Shown here in pieces: positions 37,872 to 50,254 of a stretch of 64,000 bases of DNA; position 1 is the first letter of the stretch, and each line of letters starts with the position of its first letter. The DNA lies in NCBI GenBank assembly GCA_964188305.1, contig OZ076886.1. One strand, 5' to 3'. Under the pieces are notes generated by a model, which did no database searches, had not been told where the DNA came from, and worked only from the letters and a program-made list of their open reading frames with translations. This DNA is from Podarcis bocagei. Taxonomy: Eukaryota. Position numbers and translations under genes: made by a program.

Positions 37872-38401
37872 CAGGCCACCCTAACCTCCAGTGGCAATGA
37901 TGGATCAAGGAGCAACCCCAAGCTATGAACCTGCTCCTTCAAGGGAAGGAGTGCAACCCCATCTAGAACTCAAGGGATGTTCTCCCATGAAACGTGGATG
38001 TACAGAGGGAGAGATTTTAAACAATAGGACCAAATGGCCTTGTAGCATAAGATCCTGTTCTCTTTGCATCAGATGGACTGGTTCATAAGGCTAAATCTGG
38101 TGCATCCCACCAGTGACACTGAACGAACGTTTTATGTATGACAAAATAGGGGGGGGCATTTGATTAGGAAACAGTGTGGAAAGAAAGTATCCCTTTCATG
38201 TGCATCTGCAGGAATTTGGGGACGTCTTGGTGGGGGGATATAACAACTGAAAGAGGAGAGCAGGCTAGTTTCTGAGAAAAACAAGAATTGTACCTGTACA
38301 TTTTGCCTCATACTGTATCTCGAACTCTGCAAATGCTAGAAACTTAAGAACAACAACAGCCCGGAAAACTGGGGATCTGAGGACTGTCCCCTGTCCCCAC
38401 T

Positions 38402-38404
<3 letters not shown>

Positions 38405-38483
<79 letters not shown>
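38405..38483. repeat. (CT)n(CA)n microsatellite directly upstream of the CpG island
   Basis: Direct reading. Confidence 0.95.
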
Positions 38484-38486
<3 letters not shown>

Positions 38487-38599
38487 CTCCAGGTTGCAAT
38501 ATATCTGCTCCCTCCGTTGCACCCTCGCGCACCCCTCCTTTCGCTAGACCTCCTCCTTCTCCTCTCTCCTTCCTTCCTTTGGGATGTGAGCACACCGGG

Positions 38600-38923
38600 G
38601 CGGGCGCGGAGGCCTGGCCACCTGCTTGGCGCGCTCGGTTCCTCCTCCCCCTGCCGCTGGAGGAGGGGTCGGAAGAGAGGCGCGCCTGCCCGCCGCCCCA
38701 GCTCCTGCCTGGCAACTGTCTTTCCTGCTGCTTGGCTGCGGGCGCGCCGCTCTGCCTGGAACTTCTGCTGAGCCCAACTTCTTGCAAGCGGCAGCCGGAG
38801 CAGCGCTCGCCATGCGCCCTCCGCAGCCGGCCGCGCACTGCGCCTTCACAGAGGAGGACCCAGCTGGACAAAGAGAGCGCCGATAAACGCTTGCAGGAGG
38901 ACATCGCCTCCTGCAACAACCAG
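38600..38923 (+). other. Probable 5' first exon (TSS approximate), largely untranslated
   Basis: Donor CAG|GTAAAG at 38923/38924 within the island; no ATG in the frame crossing the donor. Confidence 0.55.
38812..38886 (+). CDS. Candidate 24-aa upstream ORF MRPPQPAAHCAFTEEDPAGQRERR
   Basis: GCCATGC context; TAA 37 nt before the donor; translation not demonstrated. Confidence 0.35.
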   Translation: MRPPQPAAHCAFTEEDPAGQRERR

Positions 38924-39402
38924 GTAAAGGCGAGTCGCGGGCAGCTCCTCTTGGGAGCGTTACCATATTTATTTCTATTATTGCACGGGGTACCACCCAC
39001 CTTTGCGGAGGACATCCTGGACCTTGCCTTGAGCAAGAGGCGCGTTGAACCCAGAGCCAAGGTTTTTTTGGTTGGGAGCTGGGCATGATTGCGGCGAAAC
39101 TTTCTGTTCGAGTGTGAGCAGCCGAGGAGCAGTACAAACTGGTGGTGCACGTTTCAGTTTTGCTCTTCCGAGCTTTGGAGACTCGTCGGGGCAGGCGTTG
39201 ACTCCCCCTTTCCTCCTTTCTCGCTGCAGTTTATTCATTTCAACCAGCCAGAAAACAGGCAACAAGTTGTTGGTTTTTAAGATGGTGTTGTGAACTTTCC
39301 TGTGCACGTGTTCCAAATTTCCTAAAGCATTTCCTTTATATTCTTCTTCTATTTGAACAAATCTGATTTAGGTCTCTCTCTTTTTGGTAAATGTGCTGTA
39401 TA

Positions 39403-39571
39403 CAGTGGCGTAGCGTGGGTTGTCAGCACCCGGGGCAAGGCAAGTAATTTGCGCCCCCTAACCCATGGATTTGCGCCCCCTAACCCGTGGATTTGCGCCC
39501 CCTAACCCAAACCCCCAGATGTTGCGCCCGGTGCGGCCGGCCCCCCCTGCACCCCCCACGCTACGCCACTG
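39403..39571. mobile_element. hAT MITE, copy 1
   Basis: TIR CAGTGGCGTAGCGTGG / CCACGCTACGCCACTG; perfect 8-bp TSD GCTGTATA. Confidence 0.92.
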
Positions 39572-40203
39572 GCTGTATAGCACCAACTTTGATAGCGGAG
39601 ACATGTACACATTTCTTTTTCTTATTTTAAAAAACCCATGTTGGATTAAGCCTCTCAAGACAGTAGCACTTGTTTGACGGAGGATTTCCCTAGTTTTGCC
39701 TGGCAAGTAGCACTTTTTTCGTTATTTGAGTGTGTGCACATTGCCTGCTGAAAGTGCAGCTAGGTCCTTCTTTGGGTCATTTCGAAACAAGCCTGGTTTT
39801 TTTGTGTGCAGAGGGGATGCATTATTTCATCAGAAAAAACAGGATTGTGGACTACAACTTCCATCATCCCTAGCTACCAGGACCAATGGTTAGGGATGAT
39901 GGGAATTGTAGTTCCAAAACAGCTGGAGGGCCGAGTTTGGCCATCACTGCCTGAGAGGGAAGGGCCACAGTTCTGGGGCAGAGCACATGTGTTTCATGAG
40001 AAAGATCCAAGGTTCAATCCTTGATGCCTCCAGGTAGGAAACTAGGAAAGACCTCTGCCTGAACCTCTGGCGAGAGTAACTGCTAGATGGAATAATGGTC
40101 TAACTTCATGTAAGGCAGTTTCCTATGAGAGAGGGAAAGGAGAAAATGTAAGAGAGAGCTGTTGGGGTGACGTAGTGGTTAAGGCTATAATCTGATTCAT
40201 ATT

Positions 40204-40351
40204 CAGTGGTGTAGCGTGGGTTGTCAGCACCCGGGGCAAGGCAAGTAATTTGCGCCTCCTAACCCGTGGATTTGCGCCCCCTAACCCTAACCCCCAGATG
40301 TTGCGCCTGGTGTGGCCGGCCCCCCCCTGCACCCCCCACGCTACGCCACTG
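40204..40351. mobile_element. hAT MITE, copy 2, inside an old SINE
   Basis: Same TIRs (one substitution); perfect 8-bp TSD TTCATATT. Confidence 0.92.
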
Positions 40352-43278
40352 TTCATATTTGGGAGTAAGCACCTTTGTAGTCAAGGAGCTTTCTCTCCCA
40401 GAAAATGTGCTTTGAATTGGACGGCAAGAGTATGAGGAGTGGGCCATGAAATCCCACAGGATCAGGCAAGCTGCTTATTTTCTCTGCCTCCCATCTTTTA
40501 TATGGGTATTAGAGGACTGGCCTACCTTTCAAGGTCTTTCTAAGGATTACCGAGATAATAAATGTGATGTGCTTTGAACCCTTGGAATGTATAGTGCCAT
40601 GTATCATTATCAGCAAGACTAGTTTACAAATCAAAATTTTACTTTATCTCTTGGTTCCTCTCGTTGATTCCAGTTCGACCCAGAAATATGTATTTATTAT
40701 TACATTTATATTCCTTCCCCTCCTCCCAAAGGTGTGCAGGGTGGAATCCAACATGCGATAAAACAATAAAAATGCTTTTAAAGCATTAGAAGCAATTCCA
40801 GGACAAATGCAGACTGGGAAAGATCTCCACTTAAAAGGCTTGTTGAAAGTCATGCGGTCCAAGGTCTAAAATCAAGGGTCTAAATGGTTTTCGGGTTGGA
40901 TCCATCACCCAGATTAATGAGAATGTTTAAACCGTTTACTTTTGCTTGCCCATGTGATTCTGGCTTGAACAGGAAGCCTAGGAGTAACTGCCCAGATGAG
41001 TATTTCTCTTTGATGTCCAATTCTGCGACAATTTACAATGGGATATTTGTTATGACTAGTTACGAATTGAATGATTATATGGGGGAAAGGTGGATGTGGT
41101 GATTGAATCACGCAGATAGTATGCAAGTGGGGTTTTATGGGCCTCTGTATGTTTGCATATGGCAGCTATCTTAGCTAACCTTTTCATCAATATTGTGCCT
41201 TTGTTGGGAATGTTTCATTGGAACTTGCAACTTAAAATGAAGTTGTGTCAGAACAATTGCGCCAAAAAGAGATTTTGCTGCCACACGTGTCTTTCTCTGC
41301 TCTGAAGATTACGCTAAAGGTAGTCCCTCACACCTTCCTGCCTCCTTCAATCTCAGCGCTGCTCTCCTTGACAGATCTCTAGTTGTGGAAGTGCTGAACA
41401 GATGTTTCAGCGATGCCAAGGCCTTGCAGTTTGCTCTCTTTTCTCGCAGGGGGGTGCGTGTTGTCAATGAACGTGCATATGTGTCAGCAGATAACCCGAT
41501 TCTTTGTCTGCCTTCGTATGGCTGACTGCCCTAGATATCAATCTCTAAAGTAAACTGAAGTCAGCCGTGGTGTAGATGCTGTTCCTCTCAGGTCCCACAG
41601 AGAGTGAATGAAAGGGGTTAGGGGAGAGAGAGATGGAGACCAGCATTGACAGAACAAAGGTAACATGCAAAGGTAACATAGGAGCAGAAGTTATCAGATA
41701 ATTAACCTCCTTGGGGAATTAAAAGTCGACTAGGTGAACAGCAAGAGGCCATAAGGACAAAGATCGGTTGCTCAATAGCATCTGCTTTTTGGACAATGTG
41801 GTACTGAGGAGGTGCAGCCTAGCCTATCTAGAATATCTAGATTAGAGACAGTTTAGTAACCCTGTTAATTTAAATGGAGGAAAACTGGATTAGACCAAAG
41901 CATTCTGGTTTAACTGGGTGGAGGCGAGTGAGACAGCCAATGAGGTTGTGAGACTTTTCTTTGTTTTTCCACTATTCACAGACAAATTGAAGCTCATACA
42001 ATAAATTAGACTCGATTTCCACTTGAGCCTGAAAGGCATTGCAATTGGGCTAGATGTAGTGTGACCAATGCTTTCTCTACCCAGCAATGCCTCCATCCGA
42101 AACATGCACACAAGTCATCTCCAGGTGGGACAGATTCTAGTCTGAAACCCTGGGAAACCGCTGCCAGTCCATGCGGACAGTCTTGAGCTAGGTGGGCCAA
42201 TGGTATGACTCAGTATAAGCAATTTCACGTTTCTATGTTCCTATTATTATTACATACATAAATTCTTGATATGAGGAAGAAAGTGACAATATAATGAATT
42301 TATGCAATGCGCAGAAAAATATATACATGGATTCTGAATAACAACAGTTGGTTTAGGTTGGGGATTGCTTATTTTGTATCATCCATTTCTCCCCTGTTTT
42401 AGTACATCACAGCTCCATAAGAGTATGATAAACATTGCATAACTATCAATCTCATCCACACTATCCCCAAGGAGTTCAGAACAGCAAATCTTGTGGTAGC
42501 TCATGTTATTATTCGGGCAGAATGAGAGACTTGCCCCAAAGCTCTCCTGTAAGTCTCATAGCTAAGCAGGGATTTGAAATGGACTTTTCCTATGTCTCAG
42601 CCTAACTCTCTAACTGCTGCACCGCACTGCTCAGTCCCTTGTGAAACTTGGCTGTAAAACTCTGATCAAGCATAGTCTACTACTGTTTTTATCCTGCTCT
42701 CAGCTCTCTGTGTTGCAAAGGGCTGTGTGATGTGACAGAGGTGGTATGCGCCACTTTGCACATGTATAAAATGTAGCTTGGAATTTAACAAAGAGTTGGT
42801 TAAGTGTACCAAAGCACATTCATTTCTGTGGGTAAGGGAATTCAGCATGTGACATATTCATGTACAGTGCAGGCAAGCACATGTGCTGAAGAACTCATAT
42901 TGATTTCTCCTCCCCCCTGTGCACATATGTGCTGCTGCCACGTAATCTAGGAAGTGGTCCTGAGAGGACTCTGTCCCAAAAATAGTCGGATGTATGAGGT
43001 AAATCCTAATGCTACGGATAATCAATACATCCCCAGAGAGCTCAAGATTGTGAGCCATGCTATTTTCTTACTTTGCTAAAGAAAACCAACAACCCAGTGC
43101 CACCCTTTCCCTTTAGTCATGTTGAAGTCATTTGGCTTGCTTCTGCAGCCTTGCCAACACTTAATGGGTGCCATAATCGGTCTACTCTCACTTAGGGGCA
43201 CTGGATAGGTGTGCTGGAATTAGGAGTAGTTTGGGAAGAGCTTCATGAACCATCTTTTCGTTTAATTTTGCCTTTGTA

Positions 43279-43509
43279 CAGTGATACCTTGGGTTACAGA
43301 CGCTTCAGGTTACAGACGCTTCAGGTTACAGTCTCCGCTAACCCATATATAATACCTTGGGTTAGGAACTTTGCTTCAGGGTGAGAACAGAAATTGCATG
43401 GCGGCAGCGGGAAGCCCCATTAGCTAAAGTGGTACCTCAGGTTAAGAACAGTTTCAAGTTAAGAACAGACCTCCAGAACGAATTAAGTTCTTAACCTGAG
43501 GTACCACTG
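43279..43509. mobile_element. Tigger-type MITE
   Basis: TA|CAGTGATACCTTGGGTTA ... GAGGTACCACTG|TA. Confidence 0.88.
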
Positions 43510-43746
43510 TATACATTCTTCTAGTTTGTGTAAGACAGGGGAGGGGAACCTTAGGCCTAGGGCCCAAATGCAGCCCTCCAGGCATCTCTGTCTGACCCTT
43601 GAATCTGTCCCCAGGCCACCCCCTCCTTGGCTTCTGCTCCCCATCCCCCCGTGTTTTGCTTGGCTGCAGTCTACCCTTGAGCTCTGATAATGCGCCTTGC
43701 TTGTCAGGATGGAGGATAGAGGAGGGTATATGAGTGTGTGCAGAAA

Positions 43747-43920
43747 CTACCACATTTTTCGCTCTATAACACACACCTGACCATAACACGCACGTAGTTT
43801 TTAGAGGAGGAAAATCCATAGGCATGCCACCCGTAGGCATTTCCTCCATAACACGCACAGACATTTCCCCTTACTTTCTAGGAGGAAAAAAGTGAGTGTT
43901 ATGGTGCAAAAAATACGGTA
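43747..43920. mobile_element. Tc2/pogo-type MITE
   Basis: TACCACATTTTTCGCTCTATAAC ... GTTATGGTGCAAAAAATACGGTA termini. Confidence 0.7.
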
Positions 43921-46057
43921 ACTTACTGTACAGGTAAAACGTGCATTTGTTGCTTTGTCAGCTTTTGCCTCTGGTCGCAGCCACCACTGGTCTGTGGTCC
44001 TTGTAAAGATGACCAGAAGAGAATGTGGCCACCAAATCCAAAAAGGTTTCCTTTGCCTGGTGTAAGATGTAGGGACCTCAGGTGTGCTGATGGTCTGAGC
44101 GTATCTGTAAGGATTTGAGGGTGGTTTCTTACCTTTGTTTACTTTGAACAGTAGACCCTCAAGCTCCTTCCACTTTGCAATGGTGATTTGCAATGTTGCA
44201 TTGTTGTTGTTGTTGTTATTTGTTTCTTAAATTTGCACACCACCCTCCATCCGCAGATCTCAGGGTGTTTCACGACACAAAAATACATTGGTGGGGAGGG
44301 GGAGGGTTGTCCAAGAACACACATCCAGTTTCTCCTTGAGCCTGCAGAACTTATTGCACCATCCTCTGGATCACAAAGTATTCGTGTCAACTCCGTAATG
44401 CGCTTGCACGCGGTGAGTGCAAAATGGCTTATGCGTGCTTGGAGCTATTCCATAGAAAAGGTGGTGCATCTCTCATTGTGCCAAACATGTTCCACAGAAT
44501 GATAGTTTTGTCCTGATAAGATATATCTCAAGAAGCATTTCGGATGTGTAGGCCAAGTAAACAGAGGGAGAAAACAAGGAACAAGTTTGCATACACCTGG
44601 AATCCAACATCTGCTGCAGGCAACAAATGCATTTTGCATTATGCTCTGTTGGCTCCAGTGCAAACCATACAGTTGTTGGCTACAGACAGGGCTTTTCATT
44701 TGCGTGCCTGTACATCCTGAAACGCATGCTTGTGTGAGAGTGCATGCACATGTGATGTGCACATTTCCACACGGCAGTCAGCACATTTTAGCCTTCACTG
44801 ATGCACGGACGTAATAGAATTAAAAAAAGGTCGGTATCTCTTGAAAAGTGGGTGCCATTGTGTGCTATTAGAAGGAAGCCCAGTTTTGCTGAACAGGCAG
44901 GTCTCCCAAATTCTCTTGCAGCTTTTCTTAGGAGGTGGAGTAGAAGGGCAAGCTCAGTGGAGCAGAGAAGCTGTTACTTGGAAGAAGGAGTCGACCAAAC
45001 CTCAAGATCTGATGGTGGAAATTGTTGAAAAGCTAAACAAGATAGTGGAAATTGTTGAAAAGCTAAACAGAAGTAATGTTATTGAGTAGGGATGGGGACG
45101 CTGTGGCCTTGCAGATGTTGTTGGGCTCCAACTTCTGAAGCCAGCACGGCTAATGGTCAAGCATGATAGGAGCAACAACATATGGAGAACCTCAGGTTTC
45201 CCATCCGGGCTATGGATCTCAGGTGGAAGGCTATTTGGGCTTGGTGGTATGAGGCAAGCTACTGGGCTTTCAGCCTCAGCCCCATAGGAACAACCTTGGT
45301 TTCAAATTGTGGTTTGTCTGAAGACCACAAGCCCAGGGTTGGAAGACATGCTAAGCCAAACCATGGTTTAGCTCAGCACAGTGCAAAAACAACATAACTG
45401 GGGAGAAGCAAAGTGCCTGCAATCTTTTCTCTGGGAGCTGTGCATGTTTTAAAGCATGATTTGGCTTAGTGTTATGTGCAAACCTTTTTGCACATAACAG
45501 CGGAAAGGCTGCAGCTTGTTTCTCCAATGCTGTATTTGCTGTCCAGCTTTTAACCTTGTAACCACAAATCAAGTTGGTGAGTATTTTGGGTGGTGTGGCC
45601 AAAGAAACCATGGCTAGACTGCTGTGTTGGGTATGGACATTCCAACAAGCCACACTTTGCCTAAGCAAATCATAGCTTAGTGTTAGGTATAAACCAGACT
45701 AACTTGTCACTGCCATAAGAATGGGAAGCCAAGACAATTTTTGTGTGCTGAGATTTGACATTGGGGCTATAACATTTGAATGCTGCTGCCTACTGTGGAG
45801 ATCAGTCAGGCTGCATAATCTCATGCCGGTCTTGCCACACACTCCTGGCAGTCATTGGTGTTGATGTGGAGATTCACAGCAAGATTGGGACAGTTGCTGT
45901 CAACTGTTTCAAATATATCCTACTAATGTTTTCATTTCAGGTACATTTTGAGAAAGCAATTGTTGCAACAACAAACAACAAACAACTTGTCCCAATATAC
46001 TGTAATTACAGACTTTTGTCATGCTATGCAACAAAGTTTCATTTGATTACTCTGAAG

Positions 46058-46308
46058 CATGGGTAGGCAAACTAAGGCCCAGGGGCGGATCCAGCCCTCC
46101 CTTCTAAATCCAGCCTGCAGATGGTCCGGGAATCAGCATGTTTTTACATGAGTAGAATGTGTCCATTTATTTAAAATGCATCTCTGGGTTATTTGTGGGG
46201 CATAGGAATTCATTCACCCCCCCTCCAAAAAAAAGATATAGTCCGGCCCCCCACAAGGTCTGAGGGACAGTGGACCGCCCTCCTGCTGAAAAAGTTTGCT
46301 GACCCCTG
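46058..46308 (-). mobile_element. hAT MITE, same family as 21351-21670
   Basis: CATGGGTAGGCAAACT ... AGTTTGCTGACCCCTG; TSD not preserved. Confidence 0.85.
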
Positions 46309-46374
46309 CAATCATGAACAGTTTCCCATGAGTGTGGAGTAGATTCCTGTTGCAGTCTGAACAATTTATGTAAT

Positions 46375-47131
46375 TGTCAGGGGTTCAGGAGCAGAGGCGA
46401 GGGCAAGGGAGGAAACAGAGAGCGAGGGGGAGGAGGCAGAAGAAAAGATGAGTGATGACGACGACCCGAGATCTCCGAGTCTTTCCAGTGAATCAGAAGA
46501 TTCACAGAAAGGAGCACCAGTGGCCAGAGCAAGGGGGGAGCCTAGGGGGACACCCCAGGAAGAAGGGTCCAGAGGGGGCTCAGAGGGGAGCAGTTGGAAA
46601 TCGGGACCAGCGTCACCAACAGAGAGCAGGGGAGAAGAAGGGCGCCAGGTATCGAGCGCTGGCAGCTCGCAACAGGAGGGAGGGCACGAGTCAGGAGTGG
46701 CCACACCTCCATCGGGGAGCGAAGAAACGGTCAGGCGGAAAGTGGAAGGTTGGGCGCGCGCGCCAAGTTCAAATGCACAGGAAGGTGGCGCAGTAAGCAG
46801 CCCGGAAAGGGAGCCAGGTCCTAAAGCCCGGCGCAAGGAGACAGGAGGGTCCGGGGGGTCAGCGTCAGAAGAGTCCCGGAAGGAAGAGACCACGGGGGGC
46901 AGAGGGACCCAGAGAAGAACGGTCAGGCGGAAAAGGTGGAGTAAGGCTAGGTTAGTAAGCTGGTGCACAGGGGGCGGAGACTCAGACGGAGCTTCGCCGG
47001 TCTAACCCATAAGACGTAGAGCTGCGCGCAGCAGCTTGAGAATGGAAACTGTAACTCAATAAAGACTTTTACAAAGTGACCGCTGGCTAGCGTGATCCTC
47101 TGTGAGCTAGGATCTGGAAGCAGCTCTGACA
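46375..47131 (+). mobile_element. Young solo LTR
   Basis: TGTCAG...CTGACA termini; perfect 5-bp TSD GTAAT; AATAAA at 47058-47063; CpG-rich. Confidence 0.9.
46448..47005 (+). CDS. LTR-internal ORF, 185 aa, S/E/G-rich with a basic C-terminus; function unknown
   Basis: Frame is open from LTR position 2 (VRGSGAEARAREETESE..) through the ATG at 46448 to TAA at 47005. Confidence 0.35.
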   Translation: MSDDDDPRSPSLSSESEDSQKGAPVARARGEPRGTPQEEGSRGGSEGSSWKSGPASPTESRGEEGRQVSSAGSSQQEGGHESGVATPPSGSEETVRRKVEGWARAPSSNAQEGGAVSSPEREPGPKARRKETGGSGGSASEESRKEETTGGRGTQRRTVRRKRWSKARLVSWCTGGGDSDGASPV

Positions 47132-47877
47132 GTAATGAATAAACATTTGCCATATGTTATAAAAGCAATTGGGATTGTATTGCAGCTCTCAATAGAAAGG
47201 CTAAGAGGTCATCAGAATAATCTTGGGTGGGTGGGATCGTAAACCCAAGTTGTGCTAGTGCAGGAGACACGTGTGTGTGTGTGTGTGTTTCAGTTTTCTC
47301 TCAGTGTAAACAGTCCAGGAATTAGTGTTGGAAATGCAGCAGTAATAATCATTCATTCAGTTTGTAATGTAAGGGTTAATTCTGTTAGCATTACATCAGC
47401 TAACCACTGAAGATGGCATGATCTCTGGTGAGGTAACACTTGCCCTGACTGGCTATGTAGCTCTGAAGGAGGTTTTCTTCTATATGTTTAGCTCCTAAAA
47501 GACAAATCCCGTCTGTTTTTTTCTCTTCAAATTATACACTCTTTTGTTCAGTTTGTTCAGTAAGTGTTACTGGGATTTTATCTCTGGATTCCAGCTACTT
47601 TACTTAAGTGACTCTGAACAGATAGAAGATACTGAAGAATTAAAAGTGTGTGCTTGTTAGACTGAAGTCATGGTCCATACTGCATGCCTCTTCAAAGGAA
47701 ACAGTCTCAGTATCTGGCCTGGCTGTGATCTTTCAAAGCCTTCCACTCTAAATAAATAGCGATAAGAGATAGAACTATTTATTTAATTAGTTTTCAATCT
47801 GCACTTCATCAAACAAGTGATCTCAGGGTGGGGTGCATGTAATATAAAATCAAACTAACAGAACAACAAATCCAATA

Positions 47878-48110
47878 CAGTGGTACCTTGGGTTAAGTAC
47901 CGGGTACTTAATTTGTTCCAGAGGCCCGTACTTAACCTGAAACTGCTCTTAATCTGAAGCACCACTTTAGCTAATGGGGCCTCCTGCTGCTGCTGCGCCA
48001 CCGGAGCATGATTTCTGTTCTCATCCTGAAGCAAAGTTCTTAACCTGAAGCACTATTTCTGGGTTAGCGGAGTCTGTAACCTGAAGCGTATGTAACCCGA
48101 GGTACCACTG
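47878..48110. mobile_element. Tigger-type MITE
   Basis: TA|CAGTGGTACCTTGGGTTA ... GAGGTACCACTG|TA. Confidence 0.88.
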
Positions 48111-50047
48111 TAAATACTGTACATTCAAGTCAACTTAAACATTAATCCATATAACCTCTACTCCTCCTTACTACAAAAATCAGTGGCCTAATGTGTCAAA
48201 AACCCACATCATTAAAAGCCTGACTGAAAAACCAAGTTTTTAGCTAGTACTGAAAATCGACCAGTGTTGGCAGGAGGCAGGGAGGACATGTTTTTTGTCT
48301 CTTAAAAAAAGAATTAGTGGGCCACCATCTATGGCTGGTTATGGCTGGCTTAGTGGGTCATGGTTTGTTGAGGATCAGTGCAATGATGAACACATGTCTA
48401 TTCAGAATATTTAGTGGCTACTCTACAGTGACATATAAGAGGGTAATACCCTAGGGAATTCTAGTCAAAACTGTCACCCCAGAGGCTTGGTATTATCTTA
48501 CAAGCTTTCTTTTACATTTAATAGAATGATGACATTCTTAAGGTGACTGGCTAGACTGTGACTAATTATGCCAATGGAGGGAAGAATTTTTGCTTTTTGT
48601 GCAGAAGGAAAATAACTTGCCCCTGTTGAAATGCCCCTTTCTACACATTTATTGAACGCACAGGATTCTGTCCTTGCTTGTACATGGTTAGCCCCAGCCC
48701 GAGCTGAGGATCCTGCCCCTTCCTCTTTGCTGGACTTGATATCCCATGGTAACAATGGTCAGGTATGATGGGAGTTGTAGTCCAGCACCATTGGGGGGGG
48801 GGCACAGGTTGCCCATCCCTACTGTAGGCATCAAACTCTTTGTGGCTTTAATAGCCCCTTGGAAGCATTCCTATGCATTACAGCTGAGTTCATTACCTCA
48901 TCCCTTTTCACCTCTTTGCATATATAAGCTCAACAGTATGAAGAGTCTGGAAGAAGCGGGACAGGCAGTGACAAGAGTCTTAAAGCTGACCGCAAACAGA
49001 AAGAGAAGATTGTTGGCTTCACCTAGCTCCACAAACTGTGAGGTAAAAAACAACAGGTGTATTTGGATCCCAAGCCTGAAAGTAGGTGAATTTTTTTTTA
49101 CAGAAGGTAAAGTGATTCTTACGCTTTCCTCCAGAGTAGCCCAGGAGTATTTCTGCCTGCAAAGGAGGGAAACGGATAATTAATGGAGGATCTTGACGGC
49201 AGTTTGTGTGACTGGAGATTTGTGTGTGGAGAGTTCATAGGAGCAGATCACCAGAAATACTCCGATTAAGAGAAGAGATTCTGTAGGCCTGTTTTAAAAT
49301 TTGGGGCAAGTGCACATATGAGATGCACATGACATGCCGCTTTCTTTGCATTCTGTCCTCCTTTATCATTCTAACACCATTGTCTTCAAACAAATTTACT
49401 GATTTATTAAAATCATTTATATATCACCTTTAAACCAGAAGTTACCATAGTGTTGTACATTATACCGTAATAACTTAAGAAAAACCCCTATCTTTTCAAG
49501 GTGCTTTTCAGTCTTTGCAAATATTTTCACAGGTAATCCATCACAGTTTTATTTGCATCCTAAGATTTCTTGCAATGCTACTGCAGTCTGAAATGGCAGT
49601 TGTTTCAATGCCATAATACCTGATTTTTGTGTCCTTCAACCAAGGAAAACTGGGCAGAGAAATTAGAAGAGGAACCAACCATTTTTATTAATATAAGATC
49701 AGGGAGAGAGAGAGGACTGCAATCAGATATGAAACTTTTTTCACAGTCTCTCAGGGACATTGAATTGGCTAAGAAGAGATAAAACTACTAAGAGATGTGG
49801 ACTAACAGATCTAAGACTTTGATGGTTGTGCTGCAACAGACTAACATGGCTATCACTTGGGTTGCTAACAAGTGATAAGACCAATAGTTGATTTAACTGC
49901 TATCCTGTCTTTAAATAGGCCTTATTAAGACATCACACTTGTTTATTGTGACAAACATGAGCTTCAGTGAGCCTTGAGTTTTCCACTTTCTTCTCTGCCA
50001 TGGTCATGTGTAGATTAACCATAGTTTAGTGTGCTGTCCAAACTAGA

Positions 50048-50254
50048 TAAAGGTAAAGGGACCCCTGACCATTAGGTCCAGTCGTGGCCGACTCTGGGGT
50101 TGCGGCACTCATCTCGCTTTATTGCCCGGGGGAGCCGGCGTACAACTTCTGGGTCATGTGGCCAGCATGACTAAGCCGCTTCTGGCGAACCAGAGCAGCA
50201 CACGGAAACACCGTTTACCTTCCCGCCGGAGCGGTACCTATTTATCTACTTGCA
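50048..50254 (-). mobile_element. Sauria SINE, 5' truncated
   Basis: Reverse complement of the 63646 copy's 3' half. Confidence 0.88.

Larger units (their letters stand above)
38500..39230 (+). promoter_or_regulatory. CpG island / probable promoter of an unidentified gene
   Basis: Sharp GC and CpG enrichment in non-repeat DNA; GC box GGGGCGGG near 38597; RFX-like half-site CCTGGCAAC; followed by a splice donor. Confidence 0.8.

Noticed and set aside
38449-39150. 233-aa and 197-aa minus-strand ORFs as protein genes
   Set aside because: Non-ATG starts, GC-rich island composition, one runs into a microsatellite, and no recognisable domain
39421-39441. REST/RE1 site in the hAT MITEs
   Set aside because: Only the left half-site TCAGCACC matches; the right half GGACAG is absent
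45340-45485. Structured ncRNA hairpin
   Set aside because: Matches a dispersed palindromic MITE type (CTAAGCCAAACCATGG arms), with similar pieces at 45600-45690 and elsewhere
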